A DNA stretch of 64,000 nucleotides from a bacterium (GCA_016708315.1 JADJGC010000008.1:31699-95698), one strand, 5' to 3'; shown: positions 20,192 through 30,345, numbered from the stretch's first letter. Notes: generated from the sequence alone by a model not told the origin. Numbers and translations are program-made.

Positions 20192-20782
20192 TCACGCCAA
20201 TTGGAGCGGTTGCTCGTTCGCGGTTTCGATGACGCGGTACGCGTTCTGCCCCCGAATTTTGGCGCGCTTGATTCCACCTTTGGCAAACAGGCGATAGAGC
20301 CTTTGTCGTTCGTGGTCGCGTCCCTGGTGGTAAGTGTGCCCGATGACCTGGCACAAATCCCAAAGGCGCTCGGGCGGCAGCGATGAACACAATGCGCGCC
20401 ACTCCGTGTGGCCGGCATCGAGGTAAACGTAGATGCCGCCTCCGTCCTTTCGAATGATCACGTGTCGCCCTGCATGACCGTTCACGGCGTAAATTCCATA
20501 GCGGTAACTGTCGCCGGTCCATTTCGTCGCGCTGTTGAAGGAGCACGGACGTCCTTCGCCGAACAATCCTGCGCCGAGAAAGTCGAGCGCAGCCACCTCG
20601 ACGATCACGTACTCGCCCATCACAATGCCGGTGTGTCCGATGACCCAGGCTTTGAGTCGTTCGGGCGCGGCGGGCGTTCGGTCGCTTCCCGTGTGCTCGC
20701 TCTTGTACCAGTAGAGCCGGGCGGCATCGTCGCTGTGCCAGCCGCAGACTGCGCCGCCCATTTCGTAGGGGATCAATTTCAT
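20192..20782 (-). CDS. hypothetical protein
   Basis: 196 aa; start overlaps upstream stop (ATGA). Confidence 0.5.
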   Translation of the reverse strand: MKLIPYEMGGAVCGWHSDDAARLYWYKSEHTGSDRTPAAPERLKAWVIGHTGIVMGEYVIVEVAALDFLGAGLFGEGRPCSFNSATKWTGDSYRYGIYAVNGHAGRHVIIRKDGGGIYVYLDAGHTEWRALCSSLPPERLWDLCQVIGHTYHQGRDHERQRLYRLFAKGGIKRAKIRGQNAYRVIETANEQPLQLA

Positions 20783-21099
20783 TCAATGAATTCGTAGGTG
20801 AGTATTTTCTTACCGTCCCGGTAGATGACGGCTTTGCCATCCTCGACGGCAAAATCCTTTGCCTTCGGATAATCCAGCCACGACCAGCGTTGTGGACCGG
20901 CCGGTTTGTCCGTCATGTGTTGGCGGTCGAACGCTACCGAGTTGGTCTGCACCCTGGCGACAATTCGTTCCTCCGGTGGCGGAGTCGGTATCACCGTGTT
21001 GCCGACGTTGCCGCGAATGACCAATCGCGGCATGTGAAATGTGACTCGGAGTTTCACGCCGGCGACCAGCCGGCGCTTGAAATCGGCAAGCGTTTTCAT
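20779..21099 (-). CDS. hypothetical protein
   Basis: Start at MKTLADFKRR (ATG 21099). Confidence 0.45.
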   Translation of the reverse strand: MKTLADFKRRLVAGVKLRVTFHMPRLVIRGNVGNTVIPTPPPEERIVARVQTNSVAFDRQHMTDKPAGPQRWSWLDYPKAKDFAVEDGKAVIYRDGKKILTYEFIE

Positions 21100-21101
21100 C
21101 T

Positions 21102-21602
21102 TCAGAAGCCGTAACGGGTGTAAGCCTCGTGCGAGTACTTGAGTTTCACGAAATCCGGATGGCGATCCCACTGACAGGCACCGCGGCGATCCTCGATGCA
21201 TTCGAAGACGCCGCTTTTCCAGATGAGAAACCATTCACCGTGACAGAGGATGCGGATGCAGGCCCGGTCGCCGTCGAATCGCGTCGCTTTGGTGACGTAA
21301 CCGCACGCTTCGCTCACCTTTACCAAGTGTTCGTAGGCTTGCGTGACCGTCCACCGAGCGTTGACCTCAGCTTCTCCCTGGCCGGAAATCACGATGTTGC
21401 GCTTGCCTTCGACCTGCAATTGGTGCTCGCGCTCCATTGCCTCGCCGAATGTGGCGCGCTGGTGGTTGCGGTAGAGGTACGGTTTGCCACTCGGCCATGG
21501 ACCGGATTTGTCAGTCAGACAGCCGTCGCACTTTTCATGCGTGGCCAGATAAAGACACGTCTCGCAACTGATCGGGACTTTTTCTTTGAGGTCGTCAGCC
21601 AT
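21102..21602 (-). CDS. Cys-rich hypothetical protein
   Basis: Start at MADDLKEK (ATG 21602); CETC...CDGC and further Cys/His. Confidence 0.45.
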   Translation of the reverse strand: MADDLKEKVPISCETCLYLATHEKCDGCLTDKSGPWPSGKPYLYRNHQRATFGEAMEREHQLQVEGKRNIVISGQGEAEVNARWTVTQAYEHLVKVSEACGYVTKATRFDGDRACIRILCHGEWFLIWKSGVFECIEDRRGACQWDRHPDFVKLKYSHEAYTRYGF

Positions 21603-21621
21603 AAACAGTCGTCGGCCGAGT

Positions 21622-22230
21622 TCAGGAAGCGGTGGTTTTCTCAGAATCGCCCGGAGCGTAGTTTTCCGTGGACACAATGGCAGCCTCGGCCAACCCACCA
21701 CTCGATCCTTTGTTATCCAATTCGATGACCGCCGAGGTCGTGTTCCGCCAACCCGGCTGGTGATCGATGATCAGACATTGTTCGATGCCGTAATGACTGA
21801 TGTTCTCCTTGAGCTTGTCGAAGAACGGCATCAGCAAATCTAGGTTGGCCTCGTCGATGTGCGTGCTGGGTTCGTCCAGGATCAACACATGAACGCGCGG
21901 GAGAATCATTCGTTGCAGCGCAATGCGGAACGCGATGCCCACCAGACTGGAATAACCGCCCCCGAGTGCCAGCGCCGAACTGGCCTGGGTATTCCGATCC
22001 TCCACCAGGATCTCCAAGTCCGCGCCCAAGTGCAGCTTGACCGGCAATTCCATCTCAGTGAGCAGAAGATTGGTTTGGTTGAGCGCCTCATGAAAAAAGC
22101 TGGTGAGAAACTTCAGCGGCCCGTTGTCGTAAGAGAGAAATTTGCTGACGGCCTCCAGATCGGTCACATTTCGCGTCTGCTGGTCGAAACTTTCCTTGTG
22201 TGCGCGCAATTCGTTCAATTGCTGGCGCAA
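21622..22230 (-). CDS. sbcC: SbcC/Rad50-like ATPase C-terminal fragment (signature motif + Walker B); frame open upstream to 22404
   Basis: LGGGYSSLVGIAFRIALQ (ABC signature), VLILDEPSTHID (Walker B/D-loop); the same frame reads coiled-coil sequence upstream to a stop at 22405-22407. Confidence 0.7.
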   Translation of the reverse strand: MRQQLNELRAHKESFDQQTRNVTDLEAVSKFLSYDNGPLKFLTSFFHEALNQTNLLLTEMELPVKLHLGADLEILVEDRNTQASSALALGGGYSSLVGIAFRIALQRMILPRVHVLILDEPSTHIDEANLDLLMPFFDKLKENISHYGIEQCLIIDHQPGWRNTTSAVIELDNKGSSGGLAEAAIVSTENYAPGDSEKTTAS

Positions 22231-22319
22231 CTGGCCGCCTTGTTGTTGGAGCAGTTCCGTCTCCGCGCGTAACTGCTGAATTTGGCCGATCGCCTTTGAA
22301 GTTCGGCAATCCTTTCTTT

Positions 22320-24386
22320 CTAGAATGATCCCCAGACGAGACTCGTGAGTTTCTGGCTGGCGGAAGCGATCCCGCTCTTCAGAGCTTCCACGTTGCGGAG
22401 TTTCTCAAAGCGGTTGGTCCAGTCGCCGCTCGCCTTTTGAAACGCGTCCTGTGCCTGATTCAACTCTTCTTCCTGACCCCGGCAAAGCTCAGTGTAATCG
22501 GTGTCGTTTCGGTAATCCTCCGGTTTGGCTTTGAGGCCGTGTTCCAACTCGCCGAGCTGCCCTTGGATCATCTCGGCTTGCTGTTTGAGCCGGGCGCGTT
22601 TCCTGGCATTTTCGTGCGCTGTCGTCTGCTTCCCCAGCAGTTCGCGTATTCGCACGCTTCCCTGTTCGATTTCATGGGCCAGTCGAGCGTCTTCGGCCGC
22701 ACGCCCTTGCTCTGCCGGTGACTCGGATACGATTTTCTCGCGCAGAGCATTTGCCTCCTTAGTCGGCGGAGTCAGGGCCGCTGTGACCTTCTGGTAGCCC
22801 GCGAGCACAATCTGAATCTGGCCATCCTCACTTTCCGGAAGTTGGAAAGCCGCCATCTGGGCGTTCAACTCCCGGCGCTTCCCGGCGCAGGCCGTTTCGT
22901 CTTGTTGAATCTGCTGGCGCAGTTTCGGAATTTCCGTTTGAGCCTGAGTCCATCGTTGGTACTCCGCCGCGGCTTGCGGGGATTTCTTCAGGTCGGCTTG
23001 CAGCTCTTTCGCCAACGCGTTGAGTTCGTCGCGGCGCTGAACCAGGGCAGGCTTTTCCCAGGCACGCTGGCAGAGCGGACATTGTTCCGTGGCAACGGTG
23101 GCGTGGCGATGAAGGCTGACGAGTTCCTGCAGCTTTGCCTCACTGGCCTTGCATGCCTTTAGCACTGCTGGCGACGGAGGCCGAACCTGCTCATACTGCG
23201 CCAGTCGTTCCTTCTGCTGGCTCAAGGCATGTTCCTGTGCCAGGAGTTGATGACTTGCGGTGTGAAGCTGGGATATATGGTCGAGCGTCAGCCGGTACCA
23301 ATTCGGGCTGTGTTTGAGTTCCGAGACGGTCTTCTGACTTTCGACGATGATTTTCTCCAGCTTCCCGAGTTCGCTGCGGAGTTGTTCCAGCGCCTGGCGA
23401 GCGCGGGCGATTTCATTCCTGCGATTGATCTTTTTCTGGAGCGTGTCGCTGCTCTCCTGAATCTGTTCAGTGTAATTGGTGCTGTCCTCTGGTGTTCCCG
23501 CCAACTCCTCTTGCGTGCGGCTCAGTTCTCGCCGCGCTTTCTCGACTTTTTGATGCTGCAGAGCAATCTGACTTCGCGCCAGTGCCGCACGAATGGTTTG
23601 AATCCGTTTTTGCAGCTCATCCAAATCCGGCAGCGGTTGCGAGATCCCTGCCTGTGTCTGGGCGAGTTTTCCCTGCTTGGCGGTGAGTTCTTTTTCGGCG
23701 CTCTCACGGAGCGTTTTGATCTCCTGGAGGCTGTTGAGTTCGCGTTGCAACTCCTCCGCTGGCGGCAAGGCCGCAGCGGTGACCTTCTTCTCTTCGGTCC
23801 GCCTTTCAAGCTGCTGCAGTTTGCCTTCGACATCGTGCATCAGTGGACTTGGGTCGAGGACGGTCGGGTAAGCGCGAACGAATTTATTGAGGGTTGCCTG
23901 CTTTTGCAGGAATCCTTTGAACCCGCAAATCTCAATGAACTTGGTCAGCCGCTCCTTGCCGCGCTCTTTGAGGAGACTGGCGATTTGTCCCTGGGGCGCG
24001 ATGAACAATTCCAGGAGGGTTTCCTGGCGACCGAACCATTCCTGAAGCTGCCTTTGGATTTCGTCCGCGTTGGTCAGCGTTTTGTCCGCGAATTCCAGCT
24101 TGGCTCGGGTTTGGCGCGGCTTGATCTCTCGCGAAATGGTGAACTGCGTCCGCTCGTGGGTCAGAGCCGTGAGTCGCAGAGATGCCTGCTTCGCTCCGTA
24201 CTGGATCGCCGATGCATCGCCGAATTCGCTCCGTCCCAAGGCGAGCACCCGGCCGATTGCCCGGACGAGGTTGCTCTTGCCGGAATTGTTTGGCCCGCTC
24301 AACAGGATGATCGGTTCGTCCGGGAACGTCAGGTCCAACCGCGAATGCTGACACCAATGCTGCAATTCAAGTCGGAGGAGTTTCAT
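22320..24386 (-). CDS. sbcC: SbcC/Rad50-like ATPase N-terminal part (Walker A, coiled coil, zinc hook); split from C-terminal part by frameshift
   Basis: GPNNSGKS Walker A, long coiled coil with CPLCQR zinc hook; ends TAG 22320-22322 while the C-terminal domain continues in another frame. Confidence 0.8.
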   Translation of the reverse strand: MKLLRLELQHWCQHSRLDLTFPDEPIILLSGPNNSGKSNLVRAIGRVLALGRSEFGDASAIQYGAKQASLRLTALTHERTQFTISREIKPRQTRAKLEFADKTLTNADEIQRQLQEWFGRQETLLELFIAPQGQIASLLKERGKERLTKFIEICGFKGFLQKQATLNKFVRAYPTVLDPSPLMHDVEGKLQQLERRTEEKKVTAAALPPAEELQRELNSLQEIKTLRESAEKELTAKQGKLAQTQAGISQPLPDLDELQKRIQTIRAALARSQIALQHQKVEKARRELSRTQEELAGTPEDSTNYTEQIQESSDTLQKKINRRNEIARARQALEQLRSELGKLEKIIVESQKTVSELKHSPNWYRLTLDHISQLHTASHQLLAQEHALSQQKERLAQYEQVRPPSPAVLKACKASEAKLQELVSLHRHATVATEQCPLCQRAWEKPALVQRRDELNALAKELQADLKKSPQAAAEYQRWTQAQTEIPKLRQQIQQDETACAGKRRELNAQMAAFQLPESEDGQIQIVLAGYQKVTAALTPPTKEANALREKIVSESPAEQGRAAEDARLAHEIEQGSVRIRELLGKQTTAHENARKRARLKQQAEMIQGQLGELEHGLKAKPEDYRNDTDYTELCRGQEEELNQAQDAFQKASGDWTNRFEKLRNVEALKSGIASASQKLTSLVWGSF

Positions 24387-25498
24387 GCGGGCTTTTCGGG
24401 GAGCGCCAGCAACCCGGACAAAGTTTGGTCAAAAGGGTCTTGCGTGAGAACCACGGCGAGGAGTTGGAGTTGGCGTTCGGTGAGTTCCTTCTGTGCAATC
24501 TCCAAAATGTCGGCTTCCTTCATGTCTTGCAGCGGCTTGGCCATGCCTCGCGACAGGGGCACTTCGGAAAACACGAGAAGTTTCTCGCGCCAGCGAGGCA
24601 AATGTGGTTTGAGATTCGCGCGAAGCCTTTCGGGATAGTGCAACGCGAGTATTCCTCCCGGATGTTTCTCAACCCACTGATCCACGGATTGAACAGCCAG
24701 TTCGGCGTCCTCTTCCGGGCTGATCACCCGTTTCAAGTAAGGCCGGTTCGGCAGGTCGACGGTTTCCCAATTCTTTCCATGCTCCCGGCCAGGATAAAAT
24801 CGGAGATACTTTTTGACCGGGTCGTAACGTCCGCCGAAGCGATCACTGACGATGTTGCCTTCGGAGATTTCTGTCATCTCAGTCGAGCCGCCGTACACGA
24901 ACCAGTTATTCCCGACTGGATCGTGAAAATCGGTGTACGTGTGCAGATTCCCCATAAACACCGTGCAGTTCTTCAACCCCAGCCCCCTCAATTCCTCGGC
25001 GCTGAAATCGTACTCTGGCTCGGGCACGTGAATCGCCCAAGCCATCAGCTCCAAGAGCCGGCCATGCAGGAAAAGGCAGCGAGTGTTCTCCGGCAACTGC
25101 TTGATTTTCTCGTAGAGCGTTTCCCGCGGTTGAAACGAAAGAAATGCCGCGGCGATTTCGCCGAGGTTTACAATCCGGCCGTTGGCGTTGATTTCAGGGC
25201 CGACGGTGTCCAGCCACGAGGCGTCGCTGCCGTCGTGGTTGCCGTCAATCGCCAGGAATGCCTTTCCAGCGTTGCGGAGTCGTTGAGCGATGTTCTGGAG
25301 TTGGATCTGATATTTCGGCAGCAGGCTCTTCCTGTGAAACGTGTCGCCGGTAAGGATGACTGCCAGGCACTTTGGATTCGTGCAACCTTCCCGTAGAATC
25401 GCTTCGATGCACTGTTGATTGTCCTGGTGGCGAATCGGCAAACCGTATTGCGCGCGCTCCAAGTGGAGGTCGCCCGTCACGATGTAGTACCGATCCAC
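24383..25498 (-). CDS. sbcD: SbcD/Mre11-family nuclease
   Basis: Metallophosphoesterase motifs TGDLHLE, GDTFH, DGNHDG, LHGRL; 4-nt overlap with sbcC. Confidence 0.85.
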   Translation of the reverse strand: MDRYYIVTGDLHLERAQYGLPIRHQDNQQCIEAILREGCTNPKCLAVILTGDTFHRKSLLPKYQIQLQNIAQRLRNAGKAFLAIDGNHDGSDASWLDTVGPEINANGRIVNLGEIAAAFLSFQPRETLYEKIKQLPENTRCLFLHGRLLELMAWAIHVPEPEYDFSAEELRGLGLKNCTVFMGNLHTYTDFHDPVGNNWFVYGGSTEMTEISEGNIVSDRFGGRYDPVKKYLRFYPGREHGKNWETVDLPNRPYLKRVISPEEDAELAVQSVDQWVEKHPGGILALHYPERLRANLKPHLPRWREKLLVFSEVPLSRGMAKPLQDMKEADILEIAQKELTERQLQLLAVVLTQDPFDQTLSGLLALPEKPA

Positions 25499-25624
25499 GA
25501 TGATGAGTTTGGCGCTGTTCGAGCCATAACCGTCGACCGGAGAGGAAGCAGATTGCGGGCGTTAAGAATTGAAACACCGTATTAAGCGGGAACGCGAAAC
25601 CAGAGGGAGGAGTTCCGCCTTGCG

Positions 25625-26479
25625 CTACGACTTGTTGCCTGGCGATTTTGCTGGCGCGTTCAACTCGATCCTTTTGGATGCCCCATTCACCGCCGGAATG
25701 GCTGGCTTCTGGTCTGGCTGGGCCGGCGTTGCGGGCGACTTGTCAAGTGGCGCCGGAGTCGTCGTGTCCGGTTTGGCGGGGGTGCTCCTGCCTCTTGGCC
25801 GCGAGAAGGTCCTTGGCGCATTGGCTTCCGTGCTGATTCTTTCCCCGGCTTTGGTGATGCGCACATGCAGGTCCTTGAGAGAATCCTGGATTTCAAATGG
25901 CCGCAATTCCTCCTCTTTGATCGGGTAGGTCGCGTTGTCAGGGATGAAGATTGCCAGTGTCTGGCTGTTGGTCTGGATAGTGCCCATGAACCAAAGCTGC
26001 TCGCTGCCGAGCGCAATCGAACTCTCTTCTATCTGCTCCTCGGTGGTGACCGTCTGCTCGTCAAGTTTCTCGGGCAGCGCGCGGAGGACATACACGTCTT
26101 TCGTGATTTTTGTCTCCAACTTACTGCCTTGAACGTGCGCTCCTTCTGTGGTCTTGGTGATGAAGGCGTAGGTCTGCAAAAATCCATGCTCGTCCGACAT
26201 TTTGCTGAACCCGAGCACTTGCATCTGTTCCACGCGCTCAGGAGCGTAGGCGGGGGTGTCATTCGCCTCGAAACGGAATGGATTTCTCGCGCTGGCCCAT
26301 TCGGTCTTCAACTCCGCGCCTTTCAGAATGGGAGTTTCGTCGGTTGTGGTGGCCTTCGCTGTTTGTGCGTTGCGACTCGCGCTCGCCTCGTTGGGAGTTG
26401 AAGCCAGCATTATATCTTGCGCAGCGACGAGTGCGGGCGCCAGCAGCAGTGCGAGCGCAGTTGGAATGGAGTTTTTCAT
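25625..26479 (-). CDS. secreted Pro/Thr-rich protein, possible PilP-like pilus assembly protein
   Basis: Signal peptide MKNSIPTALALLLAPALVAAQ; position after PilMNO-like genes. Confidence 0.4.
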   Translation of the reverse strand: MKNSIPTALALLLAPALVAAQDIMLASTPNEASASRNAQTAKATTTDETPILKGAELKTEWASARNPFRFEANDTPAYAPERVEQMQVLGFSKMSDEHGFLQTYAFITKTTEGAHVQGSKLETKITKDVYVLRALPEKLDEQTVTTEEQIEESSIALGSEQLWFMGTIQTNSQTLAIFIPDNATYPIKEEELRPFEIQDSLKDLHVRITKAGERISTEANAPRTFSRPRGRSTPAKPDTTTPAPLDKSPATPAQPDQKPAIPAVNGASKRIELNAPAKSPGNKS

Positions 26480-26991
26480 CTGCTTTGCATTTGAGGCAAA
26501 CGCACGGTCAGGGTGGCGACAACATCCTCATCCGGTTTGTTGGGGCTGGGCTTCATGACCAACGAACTGAGTTCGACGAATTGGAATGTGTTCCACAGGT
26601 CGGTCAGCAACTGGCCGAGCGTGTTGTATTGCGCGACAAAGCTGAAGCTGGTCTCCTTGGAATCGAGCTGGACCGTCCGGAAGCTGTAGATGGAGTACTT
26701 GCCATTGTTGATGAGGCCCTGGATCGAGTCCAAACCGGTTTGGTCGATGTTCCTTTGAAATATCTCGTTGGCTTTCTGTTTCTCCGGCATGTTCTGGAAC
26801 TCTCCGAGCTTCGACTGCAAGCCCGCCTTTTCGGCGAGCAACTCGTCCTTGTGCCTGATAATGCGTCCCCATTTGCCGGAGAGCGGCTTCAGGATGTGCG
26901 ATCCAGCAACCCAAGGCGCAATGGCGACGAGCGCCAGAAACAAGATCGCTGCCATGGCAGCCAGTTGAGCTCGAATGCCGTTGGATTTCAT
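26476..26991 (-). CDS. PilO-like pilus assembly protein
   Basis: Single N-terminal TM then coiled coil; 4-nt overlaps on both sides. Confidence 0.5.
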   Translation of the reverse strand: MKSNGIRAQLAAMAAILFLALVAIAPWVAGSHILKPLSGKWGRIIRHKDELLAEKAGLQSKLGEFQNMPEKQKANEIFQRNIDQTGLDSIQGLINNGKYSIYSFRTVQLDSKETSFSFVAQYNTLGQLLTDLWNTFQFVELSSLVMKPSPNKPDEDVVATLTVRLPQMQSR

Positions 26992-27575
26992 TGCTTCTTG
27001 AGTTGTATCGCGAACGCGGTGTACTCGTTCTTGGGATTGGGCCTCTGGTTGGCCGGCAATTCCTGGTATTTGGGTGTTTCCTCGCCAGCCTGAATGATTT
27101 GATAATCCGACGGCGGCGCGGGGTTCTGCACGACGCCGTCCGCGATGGCTTTTTCGAGTGCCAGACGCACGTTCACCCGGTCGTTCGCCTGCTGCAACGT
27201 GATGTAATGCGCGCGTTGCGCGCGGCCTACCAGAGCGGGCAGCCAGCCCAGCAGTGGACCTGGCCGCGGGACGGTTCGTTGCCGGTATTTGAATTGTTCG
27301 TAATTGTTCTGGGTGCGCCGGTTCTCCATGAGCTGCTCGTTCAACGTGGCGATCTCGCGCGTGGTTGTTTCCGAGATGCGCAAGGCCTGCACCTTCAACT
27401 GGTAGAGTTTGAAAAAGGCGTAACCCTCTTTTAATAGCAGCCCCATCCCGAACAGGGTGCAGACATAGAGAAGGATGAAGAGGTACTTCATCCAGCCCGG
27501 AAGCCGGAGAAGGGGCGCGTCCGGCTCGGGCTGGAGGTCGATGATGACGGGCAGTTTCAGATTACGCGGATTCAT
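26988..27575 (-). CDS. PilN-like pilus assembly protein
   Basis: One TM (YLFILLYVCTLFGMGLLL) followed by coiled coil; operon position. Confidence 0.5.
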   Translation of the reverse strand: MNPRNLKLPVIIDLQPEPDAPLLRLPGWMKYLFILLYVCTLFGMGLLLKEGYAFFKLYQLKVQALRISETTTREIATLNEQLMENRRTQNNYEQFKYRQRTVPRPGPLLGWLPALVGRAQRAHYITLQQANDRVNVRLALEKAIADGVVQNPAPPSDYQIIQAGEETPKYQELPANQRPNPKNEYTAFAIQLKKQ

Positions 27576-28525
27576 GCTTGGATTTGCGAGTGAGACTCGC
27601 GAATGATTCCCAAGTCAGGTTCGGGATAAGGCTGCACCTGGCTTTCGATGTGGTCGCTCGCCCACGCCAAGGGCTTGGTGTTTCTTTGAATGCTCTCCAA
27701 ACCACCGAAGGCCGGATCCTGGCGGTCGTGATAGACGTAAATGTTGGCGACCTCGGAAGCCGCCTTGCCGGAGACGATCTGCAGGGTGGTGTCAATTTCC
27801 TTGCTCAAGGCGTTGAGAGTGGGTCTGGTCCCAGTACCGCCGCGCTGCGTTTCGGCAATCAGACGGCTGCGGACGGTGACGATTTCGCCCTTGTGCCAGC
27901 CCATGAAAACGATGAGCTTCTGGGTGTAATAAACGAGGACGCCGGGATTGTCCCAATCCAGCGGCAGGGTGGAGACGTAAGCCAGCACGGCCGTTGGATA
28001 ATGGAAGACGCTCACCACCTCGTAACCCCAGTGGCGAAACTTCTCGATGGGCTGGGCGATTCGTTCCTTCTCGACCGCATTCAGGCAGACTCGCCCTCCC
28101 GCTTGGGACAGAAAATACTTCATCTGCTTCTCGAAGGTCCGGCCAACCTCCGCCTCCAGATTGGTGGCAAACGCGCGCTCAACTTCGCGAAGTTTGTGAT
28201 CGGCAGGGTAGATTTTGATGTTGGAGAACGGCGTGTTGATGCCCAGAAGCAGGTATTTTGCCCCGGCGGTTTCGTTGAGCATCTCGCCGACCCACGTTGT
28301 ATCCATTTCGGCGGTTTGAAAGTTTTCGCAGAAAGCGGCGTGTGGCTGGCCAAGATGCAGCTTTTTGTTTTTCAGACGCGCCTTTGCGTATTTGATGTGC
28401 TGATGGCCCAGGATCACGACGGTAAATTCGTGGCCGCCAACCTTTCGGCTGAAGTGAGTCAAGGGATCGTCGCTGCGAGCGATGAACGCCTTAAAAGAAA
28501 GAATGCTGCAGATGCTGTTGATCAT
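27572..28525 (-). CDS. PilM-like (actin-like ATPase fold) pilus assembly protein
   Basis: 317 aa, first gene of four overlapping genes, size and position typical of PilM. Confidence 0.5.
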   Translation of the reverse strand: MINSICSILSFKAFIARSDDPLTHFSRKVGGHEFTVVILGHQHIKYAKARLKNKKLHLGQPHAAFCENFQTAEMDTTWVGEMLNETAGAKYLLLGINTPFSNIKIYPADHKLREVERAFATNLEAEVGRTFEKQMKYFLSQAGGRVCLNAVEKERIAQPIEKFRHWGYEVVSVFHYPTAVLAYVSTLPLDWDNPGVLVYYTQKLIVFMGWHKGEIVTVRSRLIAETQRGGTGTRPTLNALSKEIDTTLQIVSGKAASEVANIYVYHDRQDPAFGGLESIQRNTKPLAWASDHIESQVQPYPEPDLGIIRESHSQIQA

Positions 28526-28530
28526 GGTGG

Positions 28531-29619
28531 TTACGTTCCGAGGGCGATGATCTCCTTTTTGACTTCGCCGTCGATTTGGCCCTGGCGATGGAGAATCTCC
28601 GCGGCCTTCTGCCAGTTTTGCATGCCGAAGTCGTTGTGGCCTGATTCGATGGCGCGGCGCACCCCTTGCAGGTCTCTCTGTTTGATGTAGGAGGCCACGC
28701 TGTCATTTGTCAGCAGAATCTCGCGTGCGGCCACCCGTCCTCCCTCCCGGCCTTTGACCAGGATTTGGCACAGGATGGCCTTGAGGCTGGTCGAGAGCAC
28801 GTTCCAGACGCTGGGCTGTTCGGCGGACGGAAACAGGTTGACGAACCGTTCAATCGACTGTGCCGCGTTGGACGTGTGCAGGGTGCCGAAGACAACATGT
28901 CCGGATTCGGAGGCCCGCAAGGCGATGTCGGCCGTTTCGTGATCGCGAATCTCGCCGACGAGAATCGTGTCGGGGTTCTGGCGCAGAGCCGCCCGCAACC
29001 CGAAGGCAAATGTGTTTACCGAAATGCCGACTTCGCGTTGAGAGATGTCGGAGCGTCCGTGCTTCAGGATGTACTCGACCGGCTGCTCGAGGGTGATGAT
29101 GTGTTCGCGAAAAGTGTCGGCGCGATGCTGGAGGAGCGCGGCCAGTGTGGTTGACTTTCCCTGACCTGTCTTGCCACAGACCAACACCAAACCCTGTTTG
29201 AACGCTTCAACGGTCTGCACGGTGCGCGCATCCAGTTGAATTTCATCCGGGGTGGGAATGTGATCGTTCAACGGCCGCAACGCGATTCGTGCCGTCTGCC
29301 GCAAGGCCTCGGGATCGAGAACACGATAAAAATTGAACCGGTAACGTTTCTTGTGGCAAGTGAGGGCGCCGTCCACCGATCCTTCCGGGTAGATTTCCAT
29401 CCGGGTGATGGAGCCCTTGATCACCGTCTCGCCGGCTTGGTTCAAAAAGGCGACGAGCGCGTTTTCGTCCGGCGCGATGATGGAGGTGGGACAGACTTCG
29501 CCGTTCGCGCGAACATGGATGGTTTTCCCGGCGCAGACATAAATGTCGCTGACCTTGCGCTCGACTAGTTGGTTGAGCACACCGGCCAATTGCTCGGGAC
29601 TCTGAATCTGATCTGCCAT
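28531..29619 (-). CDS. pilT: twitching-motility / retraction ATPase PilT family
   Basis: Walker A GLVLVCGKTGQGKSTT, Asp box, His box (GHVVFGTLHT), PilT C-terminal region; start at MADQIQ (ATG 29619). Confidence 0.9.
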   Translation of the reverse strand: MADQIQSPEQLAGVLNQLVERKVSDIYVCAGKTIHVRANGEVCPTSIIAPDENALVAFLNQAGETVIKGSITRMEIYPEGSVDGALTCHKKRYRFNFYRVLDPEALRQTARIALRPLNDHIPTPDEIQLDARTVQTVEAFKQGLVLVCGKTGQGKSTTLAALLQHRADTFREHIITLEQPVEYILKHGRSDISQREVGISVNTFAFGLRAALRQNPDTILVGEIRDHETADIALRASESGHVVFGTLHTSNAAQSIERFVNLFPSAEQPSVWNVLSTSLKAILCQILVKGREGGRVAAREILLTNDSVASYIKQRDLQGVRRAIESGHNDFGMQNWQKAAEILHRQGQIDGEVKKEIIALGT

Positions 29620-29626
29620 CGTTCCA

Positions 29627-30343
29627 TTATAGTGACCTCTGCGACTTCTGTTGCAGCAGGCGATGGATTTCCCCGGCCAGAACATTCATCAGACGGGTCA
29701 CGTCTTCCGGTGTGAGTAGCGGCTCGTTTGCCTTCTGCGGGGCGTTACCTGGGGCGAGGGGCGCGGTCGCCTTCGGGAGATCAGCGCTTTTGGTTCCAGG
29801 CGGCATCACGATTGGCGTTGCGTCAGCGTGCCCGCGCAATGTTGGGATCGAAGTCGATGATAGAGGAATGGCGGCCTTGGCAGGCGATGGTTTTAGCACG
29901 TAGCCGGCCGACACAGTGTCTTTCTGCTCAGCCGGCTTCACCCTGTTCAGCAACTCCCTCAGACACGCCGGGCTGGCCAGCACGAACTTGACCTGGGAAC
30001 ATGGCTGGAAGTAACCGAGCAAAACCTCGGCGGTAATGGGGTCCCAAGGACAACTGCTGATGACGACGAGCGTTTCCCCGCGCCGGGCCAGGGGAACAAT
30101 TTGATAATCCCGAAGGGCATCGGTTTCGAGTTCTGCCGCAAGAGGGCGGCAGTCGGAAAGCAAGGCATCGGTCAGGTCTTCGGTTTCGATGATTGGAACG
30201 CCCAGCACATAGGCCAGCGCGGCCATAAACTCGGCCTCGTTGACACTCTGTTTATCCAGGGTGGCAGGGCTCGCGCCGCGCCGCTCGGCGATGGCTTGAT
30301 ACACGTCGGCCAGAGTCTGATTTGGAATGTCGGCGGCGTTCAT
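29627..30343 (-). CDS. stand-alone GspE-N / MshEN-like domain protein
   Basis: GVPIIETEDL...YQIVPLARRGETLVVISSCPWD resembles the N-terminal domain of T2SS-E ATPases; Pro/Ala-rich C-terminus. Confidence 0.55.
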   Translation of the reverse strand: MNAADIPNQTLADVYQAIAERRGASPATLDKQSVNEAEFMAALAYVLGVPIIETEDLTDALLSDCRPLAAELETDALRDYQIVPLARRGETLVVISSCPWDPITAEVLLGYFQPCSQVKFVLASPACLRELLNRVKPAEQKDTVSAGYVLKPSPAKAAIPLSSTSIPTLRGHADATPIVMPPGTKSADLPKATAPLAPGNAPQKANEPLLTPEDVTRLMNVLAGEIHRLLQQKSQRSL

Positions 30344-30345
30344 CG

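Noticed and set aside
23229-24638. 469-aa plus-strand ORF
   Set aside because: Antisense to sbcC/sbcD
27578-28690. 370-aa plus-strand ORF
   Set aside because: Antisense to the PilM-like/PilT genes that sit in a 4-nt-overlap operon
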